Assembly (NCBI GenBank): GCA_043767805.1
Contig: JAYUGC010000057.1
Span: 1 to 15,219 of the forward strand
DNA from: Pseudomonadota bacterium
GTDB taxonomy: Bacteria; Bdellovibrionota; FAC87; UBA2466
DNA: 15,219 nt
Direction of reading: 5' to 3'
In this document: in pieces, positions 1 to 7,323 of the stretch
Layout of the letters: each line of letters opens with the position of its first letter
How positions within the stretch are numbered: position 1 is the first letter of the stretch
Translations under genes and position numbers: made by a program
The notes under the pieces: model-generated
Databases searched by the model: none
What the model was told of the DNA's origin: nothing
What the model saw: the letters and a program-made list of their open reading frames with translations, nothing else

Positions 1-556
1 CCGAGCTCACCATGGAGAGCGGCAAAAGGCGGAACTCGCCCACCCGTTTCAGGCGATCGCAGGCGCCGATGTAGGGAATCAGAGAACCAGGCTCGAAACC
101 TCCGGTCGCGGTCAGCAAAGCTTTCCGCGCGAATAAACCTTGATCGGGAAGCGTGATGCCTAGGTACCTGCTTCGGAAATTGCCACCCCATTGGACGACG
201 CGAAGCCCCCAGCGCTCGTCATCGAGCTTCAAGCGAAAACCGCCCGAGGAGACGTAAGGGGAAGCGAGCGCTTCGGAGAGCGCGCGGAACCAGCCGGTTT
301 CGGGCCGGCTATCGGCGGCGACGATGAAAACCACGTCTCCTTCGGCGGCCATGACGGCGGCGTTCAACTGCCGGGCGAGTCCGCGCTCGGACGAAATCAC
401 GCGAGCCCCCGCCGCGCGGGCAATCTCCACCGTGGCGTCCATACTTCCGCCATCAGCGACGAGCATTTCTCCCGCTTGTTCCCGCTTCAGCCAGCGCAAA
501 CAAGCCTCGATCTCCGTGCCCTCATTCAAAGTGGGCACGATGACGGAGAGTTTCAG
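1..556 (-). CDS. GT2 glycosyltransferase, TIGR04283-like family; runs off the window edge
   Basis: Not in the ORF track; translated by hand: (M)KLSVIVPTLNEGTEIEACL...MLVADGGSMDATVEIARAAGARVISSERGLARQLNAAVMAAEGDVVFIVAAD...GGFRLKLD...RSRYLGITLPDQGLFARK...GGF...VSS. The frame is open from 556 to the edge. The proposed CTG start overlaps the valS TGA, with SD TAAGGAG at 568-562. Confidence 0.88.
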   Translation of the reverse strand, partial: MKLSVIVPTLNEGTEIEACLRWLKREQAGEMLVADGGSMDATVEIARAAGARVISSERGLARQLNAAVMAAEGDVVFIVAADSRPETGWFRALSEALASPYVSSGGFRLKLDDERWGLRVVQWGGNFRSRYLGITLPDQGLFARKALLTATGGFEPGSLIPYIGACDRLKRVGEFRLLPLSMVSS

Positions 557-3162
557 ACAAGCTCCTTAAGATAAGCTTTGAGCTCCTCGAGCTTCTTCTC
601 GAGAAGCGCTCTCTGCTCTTTGACGCCTTGAATGACTTCGGGGGGAGCCTTATCGCAGAAGTCCGAGTTTTTCAGCTTCTGACTCGCTCGTCCCATGGAG
701 GCTTCCGTATCTTTGATCTGCTGCTGCACTTTGGCTTTTTCCGCGACCGGATCGATGAGCCCCTCGCGCTCGATGTAAGCGCTCCAGTCCGGCCCCGGAA
801 TGAATACACGGCCATCGGCGCTCGCGCTCTCGAGACCCGACACTTCCGCTCCCGCCAGGCGCCCAATGAGATCGAGTTGATTCGCGGCGAAACCAGTCAC
901 CCCGATCTTTAACTTCACGCTCGGAGCGACGTTGTTCTCGCCTCGGAGATTGCGAATGGCTTCCACCGCGGCGATGACCCGGTTGAGACGAGTCGCGGCC
1001 TGGGGATAGTCTTCTAGACTCTCGGCCTTCGGATAGTCGGCGATTGAAATCGACTTCACCTTCGCCCGGATGGGAAGCCGCTGCCAGACGTCTTCCGTGG
1101 CAAACGGCATCACCGGATGCAAAAGCCGCAAAGCGTGCTCGAGCACTTCGAACGCCGTCGAATCTTTTTTGGCTTTTCTCGCCTCGATGTCGGTCTTGAT
1201 GAGCTCGAGATACCAGTCGCAGTAGTCCGACCAGATGAAGTGGTAAAGCTTGTCCGCCGCTTCAAAAAAGCGGTACCCGTCCAAGGCGTCGTTCACTTCT
1301 TTCGTGGTCCGCTTCAGCGCCGCCCAGATCCATTGATTCACTTCGTCTTTGCGATCGGACTTCGCCTCGGTGATCGTGCCGAAATGCATGTGCACGAAGC
1401 GAGACGCATTCCAAATCTTGTTCACGAAGTTGCGGTACCCTTGGATGCGGCTATCGGACAAAAGCACGTCGCGCCCGTGGACCGACATGGAAGCGAGCGT
1501 GAAACGAAGGGCGTCTGCGCCCATGGTGCCGATGATTTCGAGCGGATCTTTTACGTTCCCTTTCGTCTTCGACATTTTCTGGCCGTACTCGTCTCTGACC
1601 ATGGGGTGTAGATAGACGGTGTGGAACGGAATCTTTCCCGTCATCTTCATGCCGAGCATGATCATGCGAGCGACCCAGAAGAAGAGAATGTCGAAGCCCG
1701 TTTCCATGACGCTGTTCGGATAGAACTTATCGAACTCCGGCGTCTTGTCGGGCCAGCCCAAAGTTGAGAATGGCCAGAGACCCGAACTAAACCAGGTGTC
1801 GAGAACGTCGTCCTCTTGCTTCAGCTTCGTCGAGCTGCACTTACGGCATGTTTTGGCGGTGTCCGTCGAAGCGGTGTACTCGCCGCAATCGCCGCAATGC
1901 CACACCGGCAAACGATGCCCCCACCAAAGCTGGCGGCTGATGCACCACGGGCGGATATTTTCCATCCAGTTGAAGTAGGTCTTCTCCCACTCCTTAGGGA
2001 TGATTTGAATGTCGCCTTTTTTGACGGCTTCCAGCGCGGGCTTCGCGAGCACTTCCGCGTTCACGTACCACTGCGGGCTCAAGCGAGGTTCGAGCACCGT
2101 AGAGCAGCGATCGCAGGTCGGAATCGTTTGCGCATGGGCCTTTTCGCCCTCGAGAAGACCGGCCGTGGTGAGATCTTCCAAGATCTTCTCACGGGCTTTT
2201 TCCCGAGTGAAACCTTGGTAAGCGCCGCCGTGCTCGTTCAGCTTCGCGCCTTCGTCGAAAATGGAAAGCGTCGCGAGCTTGTGGCGTTTGGCGACCTCGG
2301 CGTCGTTCAAATCGTGGCCGGGAGTAATCTTCAAGGCGCCGGTACCGAACTCTTTGTCGACATAAGAGTCGGCAACGACCGGCACTTCGCGATTAATGAG
2401 CGGCACGAGAACGCGCTTACCGTGAAAAGCCTTGAAGCGCGGGTCGTCCGGATGGACCGCGACGGCCGTATCGCCGAGAAGCGTTTCCGGACGCGTGGTC
2501 GCGACGGTCAAAAATTGTTTCGGATCGTCTTTTGAAACGTAGCGGATGTACCAGAGCTTTCCGGTCACGTCTTTCGGCTTCACTTCGAGATCGGACAGAG
2601 CCGTGCGGCACTGCGGGCACCACTGAATCAGCGCGGTCGCTCGGTAGATTAAACCCTCGTCGAATAACCGGACGAACGCTTCCCGGACGCCGCGAGACAC
2701 GGTCTCGTCCATGGTGAAGCGCAGGTGCTTCCAATCGAGGCTGCATCCGATGAGCCGAAGCTGGGAAAGAATGGTCGTCTCCGACTGCTTCTTCCACTCC
2801 CAGACTTTTTCTAAAAACTTTTCGCGGCCGAGATCGTGACGGGACTTGCCCGTTTCTTTCTTGAGGTTGCGTTCGACGACCATTTGGGTCGCGATGCCGG
2901 CGTGATCCGTTCCGGGAACCCAAAGCGCGTTAAAACCCTGCATGCGCTTACGGCGGATCAAAATGTCTTCGAGCGTACAGGTGAGCGCGTGGCCGATATG
3001 AAGCACGCCCGTCACGTTCGGCGGAGGCAAGACGATCGTGTAGGGAGGCTTGTCCGATTTCAGATCGGGAGAGAAAAGGCCTTCTTTTTCCCAGAAGGCA
3101 TACCACTTCTGCTCGACGTCTTTCGGTTCGTACTTGGAGCCAAGCTCCTGCATGTCAATCAT
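553..3162 (-). CDS. valS: Valine--tRNA ligase
   Basis: PPPNVTGVLHIGH (HIGH), GTDHAGIATQ, ATTRPET editing domain, WCISRQLWWGH, DVLDTWFSS, TGFDILFFWVARM, KMSKT, and a C-terminal coiled coil. ATGA overlap with the upstream gene; alternative ATG at 3153. Confidence 0.99.
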   Translation of the reverse strand: MIDMQELGSKYEPKDVEQKWYAFWEKEGLFSPDLKSDKPPYTIVLPPPNVTGVLHIGHALTCTLEDILIRRKRMQGFNALWVPGTDHAGIATQMVVERNLKKETGKSRHDLGREKFLEKVWEWKKQSETTILSQLRLIGCSLDWKHLRFTMDETVSRGVREAFVRLFDEGLIYRATALIQWCPQCRTALSDLEVKPKDVTGKLWYIRYVSKDDPKQFLTVATTRPETLLGDTAVAVHPDDPRFKAFHGKRVLVPLINREVPVVADSYVDKEFGTGALKITPGHDLNDAEVAKRHKLATLSIFDEGAKLNEHGGAYQGFTREKAREKILEDLTTAGLLEGEKAHAQTIPTCDRCSTVLEPRLSPQWYVNAEVLAKPALEAVKKGDIQIIPKEWEKTYFNWMENIRPWCISRQLWWGHRLPVWHCGDCGEYTASTDTAKTCRKCSSTKLKQEDDVLDTWFSSGLWPFSTLGWPDKTPEFDKFYPNSVMETGFDILFFWVARMIMLGMKMTGKIPFHTVYLHPMVRDEYGQKMSKTKGNVKDPLEIIGTMGADALRFTLASMSVHGRDVLLSDSRIQGYRNFVNKIWNASRFVHMHFGTITEAKSDRKDEVNQWIWAALKRTTKEVNDALDGYRFFEAADKLYHFIWSDYCDWYLELIKTDIEARKAKKDSTAFEVLEHALRLLHPVMPFATEDVWQRLPIRAKVKSISIADYPKAESLEDYPQAATRLNRVIAAVEAIRNLRGENNVAPSVKLKIGVTGFAANQLDLIGRLAGAEVSGLESASADGRVFIPGPDWSAYIEREGLIDPVAEKAKVQQQIKDTEASMGRASQKLKNSDFCDKAPPEVIQGVKEQRALLEKKLEELKAYLKELV

Positions 3163-4394
3163 TCCACCGTCCGATAGGTCAGGAACACGATTTTGCCGGG
3201 CTTAACCTCGACATTAACCCAACGTTCCACGCCTTTAGTCTCTTGTCCGCCTTGGGACACCATATCAAGCAGGATGTCGTGGCGTCCAGCCGGAAGCACG
3301 GCCCGGGCGAGCTGGAGGCGAGCCGGCAAAGTGGTCCAGCTGCGGGTGTCCGCCTGATCGGAAGCGTGGAGAAAAAGCCCGGTCAAAGCCCCCAAAAGCG
3401 GGCTATCGGAGCTCTTTTCCACCTGGCGGGCGATGAGCTCCTTCGCGACGACGCCCGCTATCTTTTTCGCGGCGATACCGGCGATGCGGCCGGCGAGCTC
3501 CTTGATGGCGGTCGCCTCGATGTCGTAATAGGTTTCCGTCTTGACCCGAAATTTCCCTTTCGAGTCGCGGAGCCAGCCGAAGTGGCTCGTATAGAAACGT
3601 TTGCGCATCTCGGGAACCAGGCGGAACGTCGGCGACTCCACCTTCATGGGCGCCTTGCCTTGCTCGAGAAGAAAGACGATTTCCCCTTCCCCCTTGTTCA
3701 TGCGGTAGTGACCGGGGTTCGGAAATTGTTTCTTGTACTCTTCGAGCTCTTGCTCCGCGTGCTGCTTCTCCGCCATGCGCAAAAGGCCCACGTCGAGATA
3801 ATCCGGAGGATCGCCCTTACGCCAGCTGAGGAGCTGCCGGTAATCAACGAAAGCGTCGTCGAACTCGCCTTCGGCCTCGAACATTACCGCCGTCAGATAT
3901 TTCGCGAAGGCGTTTCGCTCGTACGGGAGCTTCCCCTGATTGATCATGATGTCGAGCTTGTGGTTCACCCGCCGGCACTCGACGATGGCGTCTTCCCATT
4001 TGCCGAGCATGCCGTAGCTCATCGCGAGGTAAACATTCACGAGAGTTTTCTCGTAATCGTCGCCTTTATAGACCTTCACCGTATCGTTCAGGATGACGCT
4101 GCCGACTTCCTGGGAAACGCTGGTGTAGTCCTTCATCTCGGCAAGCGAGTCCGCTTTGTGAAAAGCGTCGATGGCGTCCACGTAACGCTTCGCCCGGAAA
4201 TTGGCGATGCCCAGATCCATCAAGTAGAGGAGCTGATCGTTGTCTTCCTTCGCGGCGAGATCCTTGAAGGTCTTGATAGCCGAGTCGTAGTGCCCCTGCT
4301 CGAGCTGCCAGCGCGGCTCCACGATCCGGGAGGCGTAAGACGCACACCCGGCGAGAGCCAGGGCCGATAGCCCGAGGATCGCGCGCCAAAGCAA
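3159..4394 (-). CDS. TPR-like lipoprotein (COG3014-like)
   Basis: Lipobox LAGC, helical TPR-like N-terminal half, YKGDDYEKTLVNVYLAMSY, and C-terminal ADTRSWTTLP, all typical of the family that neighbours lpoB-like genes. TTG start. Confidence 0.8.
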   Translation of the reverse strand: MLWRAILGLSALALAGCASYASRIVEPRWQLEQGHYDSAIKTFKDLAAKEDNDQLLYLMDLGIANFRAKRYVDAIDAFHKADSLAEMKDYTSVSQEVGSVILNDTVKVYKGDDYEKTLVNVYLAMSYGMLGKWEDAIVECRRVNHKLDIMINQGKLPYERNAFAKYLTAVMFEAEGEFDDAFVDYRQLLSWRKGDPPDYLDVGLLRMAEKQHAEQELEEYKKQFPNPGHYRMNKGEGEIVFLLEQGKAPMKVESPTFRLVPEMRKRFYTSHFGWLRDSKGKFRVKTETYYDIEATAIKELAGRIAGIAAKKIAGVVAKELIARQVEKSSDSPLLGALTGLFLHASDQADTRSWTTLPARLQLARAVLPAGRHDILLDMVSQGGQETKGVERWVNVEVKPGKIVFLTYRTVE

Positions 4395-4409
4395 GAGGAG
4401 ACCTCGAGG

Positions 4410-5012
4410 TTAAAGTCCGACGTTCTTTTTCTTGTAGAACTTCCGGATTTCTTTTTCGTCGGTCCAGTCGAGAATGCCGGAGTCGATGTTCACGAGATTG
4501 AACGTCGCCTTGTAATAGACGTATTTCTTGCCGCCCACTTCCTGCACGCGGTCGGTGATTTCGCCGGTAAGAAAGAAGTTCGCGCCGATTTGCTTGCCCT
4601 TTTTGCGGGCGGTGGCCGGGTCCACGTAGCCCGAGCCTTCCTGGTAATCCACTTCGTCGGCGATTTCGGAGCGGACTTCCTTGTCCGTGAACCGGAACTT
4701 GCCGCTTTTCACGAGAGCGACCCGAATCTTGTCGGTGAGGCTCTTCATGTCGATGTGCTCTTGGGTGCGGTTCTTGGTGAGGGTCACGAGCACTACCGGA
4801 CGGCCGCGTTTGTATTCCGCGATAACCGGGCTTCCGGCGAGAGAGGCGATCATGGTGTCTGCGATCATGCGCATATCGGTCTCGTTGAACTTATCGTCCA
4901 AGAGACGTTCTTCCGACATGTCGTCGTATTTGCCTTCAGTGAAAGCGCGATTGCCCGCGCAACCCGCGAGGGCTAAGGGAAGAAGCAGTAACCCGATCCA
5001 CAATCGATTCAT
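4410..5012 (-). CDS. lpoB: LpoB-like (penicillin-binding protein activator / CsgG-like fold) lipoprotein
   Basis: Lipobox LAGC; DMRMIADTMIASL, KNRTQEHID, SGKFRF, GKQIGANFFLTGEI, W-x-DEKEIRK match the LpoB/COG3417 pattern. Confidence 0.75.
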   Translation of the reverse strand: MNRLWIGLLLLPLALAGCAGNRAFTEGKYDDMSEERLLDDKFNETDMRMIADTMIASLAGSPVIAEYKRGRPVVLVTLTKNRTQEHIDMKSLTDKIRVALVKSGKFRFTDKEVRSEIADEVDYQEGSGYVDPATARKKGKQIGANFFLTGEITDRVQEVGGKKYVYYKATFNLVNIDSGILDWTDEKEIRKFYKKKNVGL

Positions 5013-5043
5013 AAGGTCTCTCTTTCGTTAGAAAATTGGCTCG

Positions 5044-5072
5044 ATTATAGCCTTCGGAGCGTCGCCCCGCAA
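5044..5072 (-). promoter_or_regulatory. Sigma70-type promoter of the lpoB-valS operon
   Basis: Minus strand TTGCGG (5072-5067), 17 nt, then a perfect TATAAT (5049-5044), about 30 nt upstream of the ATG at 5012. Confidence 0.7.
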
Positions 5073-5083
5073 ACTCTCCGTAG

Positions 5084-5102
5084 CCCCGCTCTAAAGACGG
5101 GG
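5084..5102 (-). terminator. GC-rich hairpin downstream of the putative 6S RNA; possible terminator or processing stem
   Basis: CCCCG...CGGGG arms enclose TCT/AGA. There is no clear U tract, so the call is weak. Confidence 0.25.
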
Positions 5103-5119
5103 ATTGGGACCCCCGCGTG

Positions 5120-5284
5120 ACCGCGGTTCGATCGGCCGGGCCCGGGACCCAGGACACTGGCCCAAGCAAGACCTCTTGATCTCCCCCTCTCGGACCCGCC
5201 GTTAACGACGCGTGCGCGAGGGAAAGATCTAATAGACTTCATCGGGCTAGTCGCTCGGGTCCCGTGGCTTCCGGCCTTCGCGGT
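5120..5284 (-). ncRNA. ssrS: Probable 6S RNA (long irregular hairpin with central bubble); ends approximate
   Basis: Minus-strand nested pairings: ACCGC/GCGGU, GGCCGG/CCGGCC, CGGGACCC/GGGUCCCG, GCCCGA/UUGGGC, a ~12x12-nt bubble (UGAAGUCUAUUA / AAGAGGUCUUGC), GAUCUUUCCCUC/GAGGGGGAGAUC, and terminal CGUCG-UUAA-CGGCG. G.U wobbles favour the minus strand (about 5 versus 2). Confidence 0.65.
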
Positions 5285-5312
5285 TGACGGAGGAAGGACA
5301 GCCGTAAAAGAT
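5284..5312 (+). promoter_or_regulatory. Candidate sigma70 promoter for the beta-barrel gene, possibly leaderless
   Basis: TTGACG (5284-5289), 17 nt, AAAGAT (5307-5312); the in-frame ATG at 5320 begins 8 nt after the -10. Confidence 0.35.
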
Positions 5313-5838
5313 GCGGCCGATGCTTAAGAAGATCTTGATTTTTGCTGCGCTGTTCCAGTTTTCGCACTCGGTTCAGGCGGCGGAGGCGTTCAAACGGCAT
5401 GAGATTCTCGTTAACTCGTCGGAGTATGGCCTAAACGCCGTAGCGTTCGGAGGCGGCTCGACCATCATCGCTTTCGGCGGAGGCTATAACTACCGCCTCA
5501 TCGACCTCCTTCAGCTCGGCGCTCGAATCGGCGTCACGCACAAAGACATCGCCGCGGTGTCGGCGACCACCTTCTATTTTCTGGCGGGCGCCACCTTGAA
5601 CTTTCCGACCGATTGGAAATTCGAGAACCGGTTCTTTGGCGGGATGCATATAGGCCTCATCCACGCTTCCATCGGAGCCGGCTCGACCACGCCTTTTATT
5701 TTCGACTTCGAGATGGGTAAACGCTTCGAGATTTTCCCGAACCTGACTTACCGTCCAACATTTGAGCTCATCGTGCCCACGAACGGCGCGAGCGTCGTCG
5801 CGGGCTTCAAGCTTCTGGCGCTGTCCTTAGTGTTCTAG
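5311..5838 (+). CDS. Small outer-membrane beta-barrel protein (start may be 5320)
   Basis: Sec signal MLKKILIFAALFQFSHSVQA, alternating amphipathic Gly/aromatic strands (GGGYNY, LQLGARIG, FYFLAGATLNF, FEMGKRF), and a terminal Phe. Confidence 0.75.
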   Translation: MRPMLKKILIFAALFQFSHSVQAAEAFKRHEILVNSSEYGLNAVAFGGGSTIIAFGGGYNYRLIDLLQLGARIGVTHKDIAAVSATTFYFLAGATLNFPTDWKFENRFFGGMHIGLIHASIGAGSTTPFIFDFEMGKRFEIFPNLTYRPTFELIVPTNGASVVAGFKLLALSLVF

Positions 5839-6002
5839 AGTAAGGCGTGCGAAAATAGAGGCTCGTGCTAGCCCGTGGCGCCACCCTTTTCCCTTTTCCT
5901 GGCTCTGCTTTGCCCAACGTCTCCGTTGCCGGGGCGTGCTCCCTTCTTGTTTGAATTTTTCTGGACAGGTTTTTGGAGCCTTGTCTCTTTGACGACAAGA
6001 TG

Positions 6003-6018
6003 GGCAATATTTATTGCC
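6003..6018. promoter_or_regulatory. Perfect palindrome, operator-like
   Basis: GGCAATA-TT-TATTGCC, overlapping the -10 position of a candidate TTGACG (5989-5994)-N17-TATTGC promoter. Confidence 0.4.
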
Positions 6019-6145
6019 TGAAATCGTCCTGGCGCCTGCCTGACGGACCGTTCTTTCTTGCCCGTACGTTCGCTTGGAGGCAACGGACTCGTTCGCCTGG
6101 CGGCGTTGCGGGAGGGATCGTTTTTGAGGGGTGTAGAACTGGGGA

Positions 6146-7093
6146 ATGGAAAATCTAAGAGACGACGAACTTCTGGAAAAACTGAAATCTAACGTCGGGA
6201 AGGAACGTGCCGGGCATGCGGAGTGCCTCGCGTACCTCGCGGAGGTGGAAAATAGGCAGCTTCATCTCAAAGAAGGCTATCCTTCGTTGTTTCAATTCTG
6301 TTTGAAAGTGCTTGGGCTTTCGGAGGCAAGTACCTGTAAGCGCATTCAAGTGGCGCGGCTCTCACGAAAGTTTCCTCACGTTTTGGATCTCATCCGTCAG
6401 GGAAAACTGACCATGAGCAATGCGAGTCTTTTGGCGCCCCACCTGACTCAGGAGAATTGCAATGACCTCCTGGCCAAGTCCGAAGGCAAACGGCGATTCG
6501 ACGTTGAAAAGATTACCGCTACATTTCCCGGGGAATGTAACCGTCCGAGCCCGAAGCCGAAGCCGGAAATCGTAAAACCCATATCGGAGAGCCGAACGAT
6601 GTTTGTCTTCTCTGGGGATGACGAGACTGTGGCGATGTATCGCACGCTTCAAGATCGCCTTCGGCATAAGTATCCCCACGGCAAAATTGAGGAGTTGGTG
6701 AAAGAGGCTTTTGTACTTCTGGTCGAGAAGACAGATCCGGTCAAAGAACCTAAACGAAAAGCTCCCATCCGAACCCCAGCCAAACATACCCGTTACATTC
6801 CCGCCGCTATCCGACGCGAAGTGTGGCGCAGAGATGGGGACCAATGCGGATATAGCCTTCCGTCAGGCATACGTTGTAGTAGCCGAGCCTTCCTAGAAAT
6901 TGACCACCTAATCCCCTGGAGCGTCGGAGGCAGCTCTCACGACTCGAGTAACCTCGCCCTCCGCTGCCGAGGTCATAACCAGTACAGAGGCGGAGCAAAG
7001 GCAGTCACGGAGCCGGCCGTAGGAAATTATCCGGCGGCATTCCAAATGCCTGCCGATCGTGACTGTAACCTTTCAGAAAGCTTTCTCGCGTAG
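6146..7093 (+). CDS. HNH endonuclease with long helical N-terminal domain (loosely DUF222-like architecture)
   Basis: C-terminal RYIPAAIRREVWRRDGDQC...RC...LEIDHLIPWSVGGS...NLALRCRGHN is an intact zinc-binding HNH motif. N-terminal LAEVENRQLHLKEGYPSLFQFC...LGLSE...RIQVAR. Confidence 0.92.
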   Translation: MENLRDDELLEKLKSNVGKERAGHAECLAYLAEVENRQLHLKEGYPSLFQFCLKVLGLSEASTCKRIQVARLSRKFPHVLDLIRQGKLTMSNASLLAPHLTQENCNDLLAKSEGKRRFDVEKITATFPGECNRPSPKPKPEIVKPISESRTMFVFSGDDETVAMYRTLQDRLRHKYPHGKIEELVKEAFVLLVEKTDPVKEPKRKAPIRTPAKHTRYIPAAIRREVWRRDGDQCGYSLPSGIRCSSRAFLEIDHLIPWSVGGSSHDSSNLALRCRGHNQYRGGAKAVTEPAVGNYPAAFQMPADRDCNLSESFLA

Positions 7094-7095
7094 GC

Positions 7096-7323
7096 TTGAG
7101 ATTACCATTCGAGGGAAGCGAGCTCAGCGCCTGCGGCGAAAATCCCGATATGCTTCCCGAAGCGCCGCAACAGGAGTACTGCCGGCAAATCAACGCGCGC
7201 GGCGGTCACTTGTGCGAGATGAAGAGTCTCCCGAAAAATACGCACCAAGAGTGCGGCCTTCAGGGAATTCCCGACAGGGAGTGCGGAGGCTGGTTCGACA
7301 AGTTGCCGGACGACAACCGCTAA
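7096..7323 (+). pseudogene. Possible C-terminal remnant of an alpha/beta hydrolase, or a small Cys-rich hypothetical protein
   Basis: ACGENPDMLPEAPQQEYCRQINARGGHLCEMKSLPKNTH...WFDKL resembles the G-x-x-D...helix...strand...H...WF tail of esterases/peptidases. In-frame TAA at 7066 upstream; the stop overlaps the convergent decarboxylase stop. Confidence 0.3.

Noticed and set aside
191..574. Plus-strand ORFs 191..574 and 324..569
   Set aside because: Antisense shadows of the glycosyltransferase on the minus strand.
1561..1578. KMSKT instead of KMSKS in ValRS
   Set aside because: A common conservative variant.
3243..4370. 375-aa plus-strand ORF
   Set aside because: Antisense to the lipoprotein; no motifs; an expected shadow of GC-rich codon bias.
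4936..5242. Short minus-strand ORFs 4936..5169 and 5045..5242
   Set aside because: Low-complexity G/R/P-rich translations; the region is better explained by the structured RNA and the promoter.
5281..5304. SRP RNA-like GGAGGAAGGACAGCC within a CGGTTG/CAGCCG stem
   Set aside because: Lacks the CAGG...GNRA helix 8 geometry and the long SRP stem.
5839..7101. Target-site duplication or terminal inverted repeats around the HNH gene
   Set aside because: Only weak similarity (TAAGGCGTG versus TAGGCTTG); no convincing element ends, so no mobile element feature was called.
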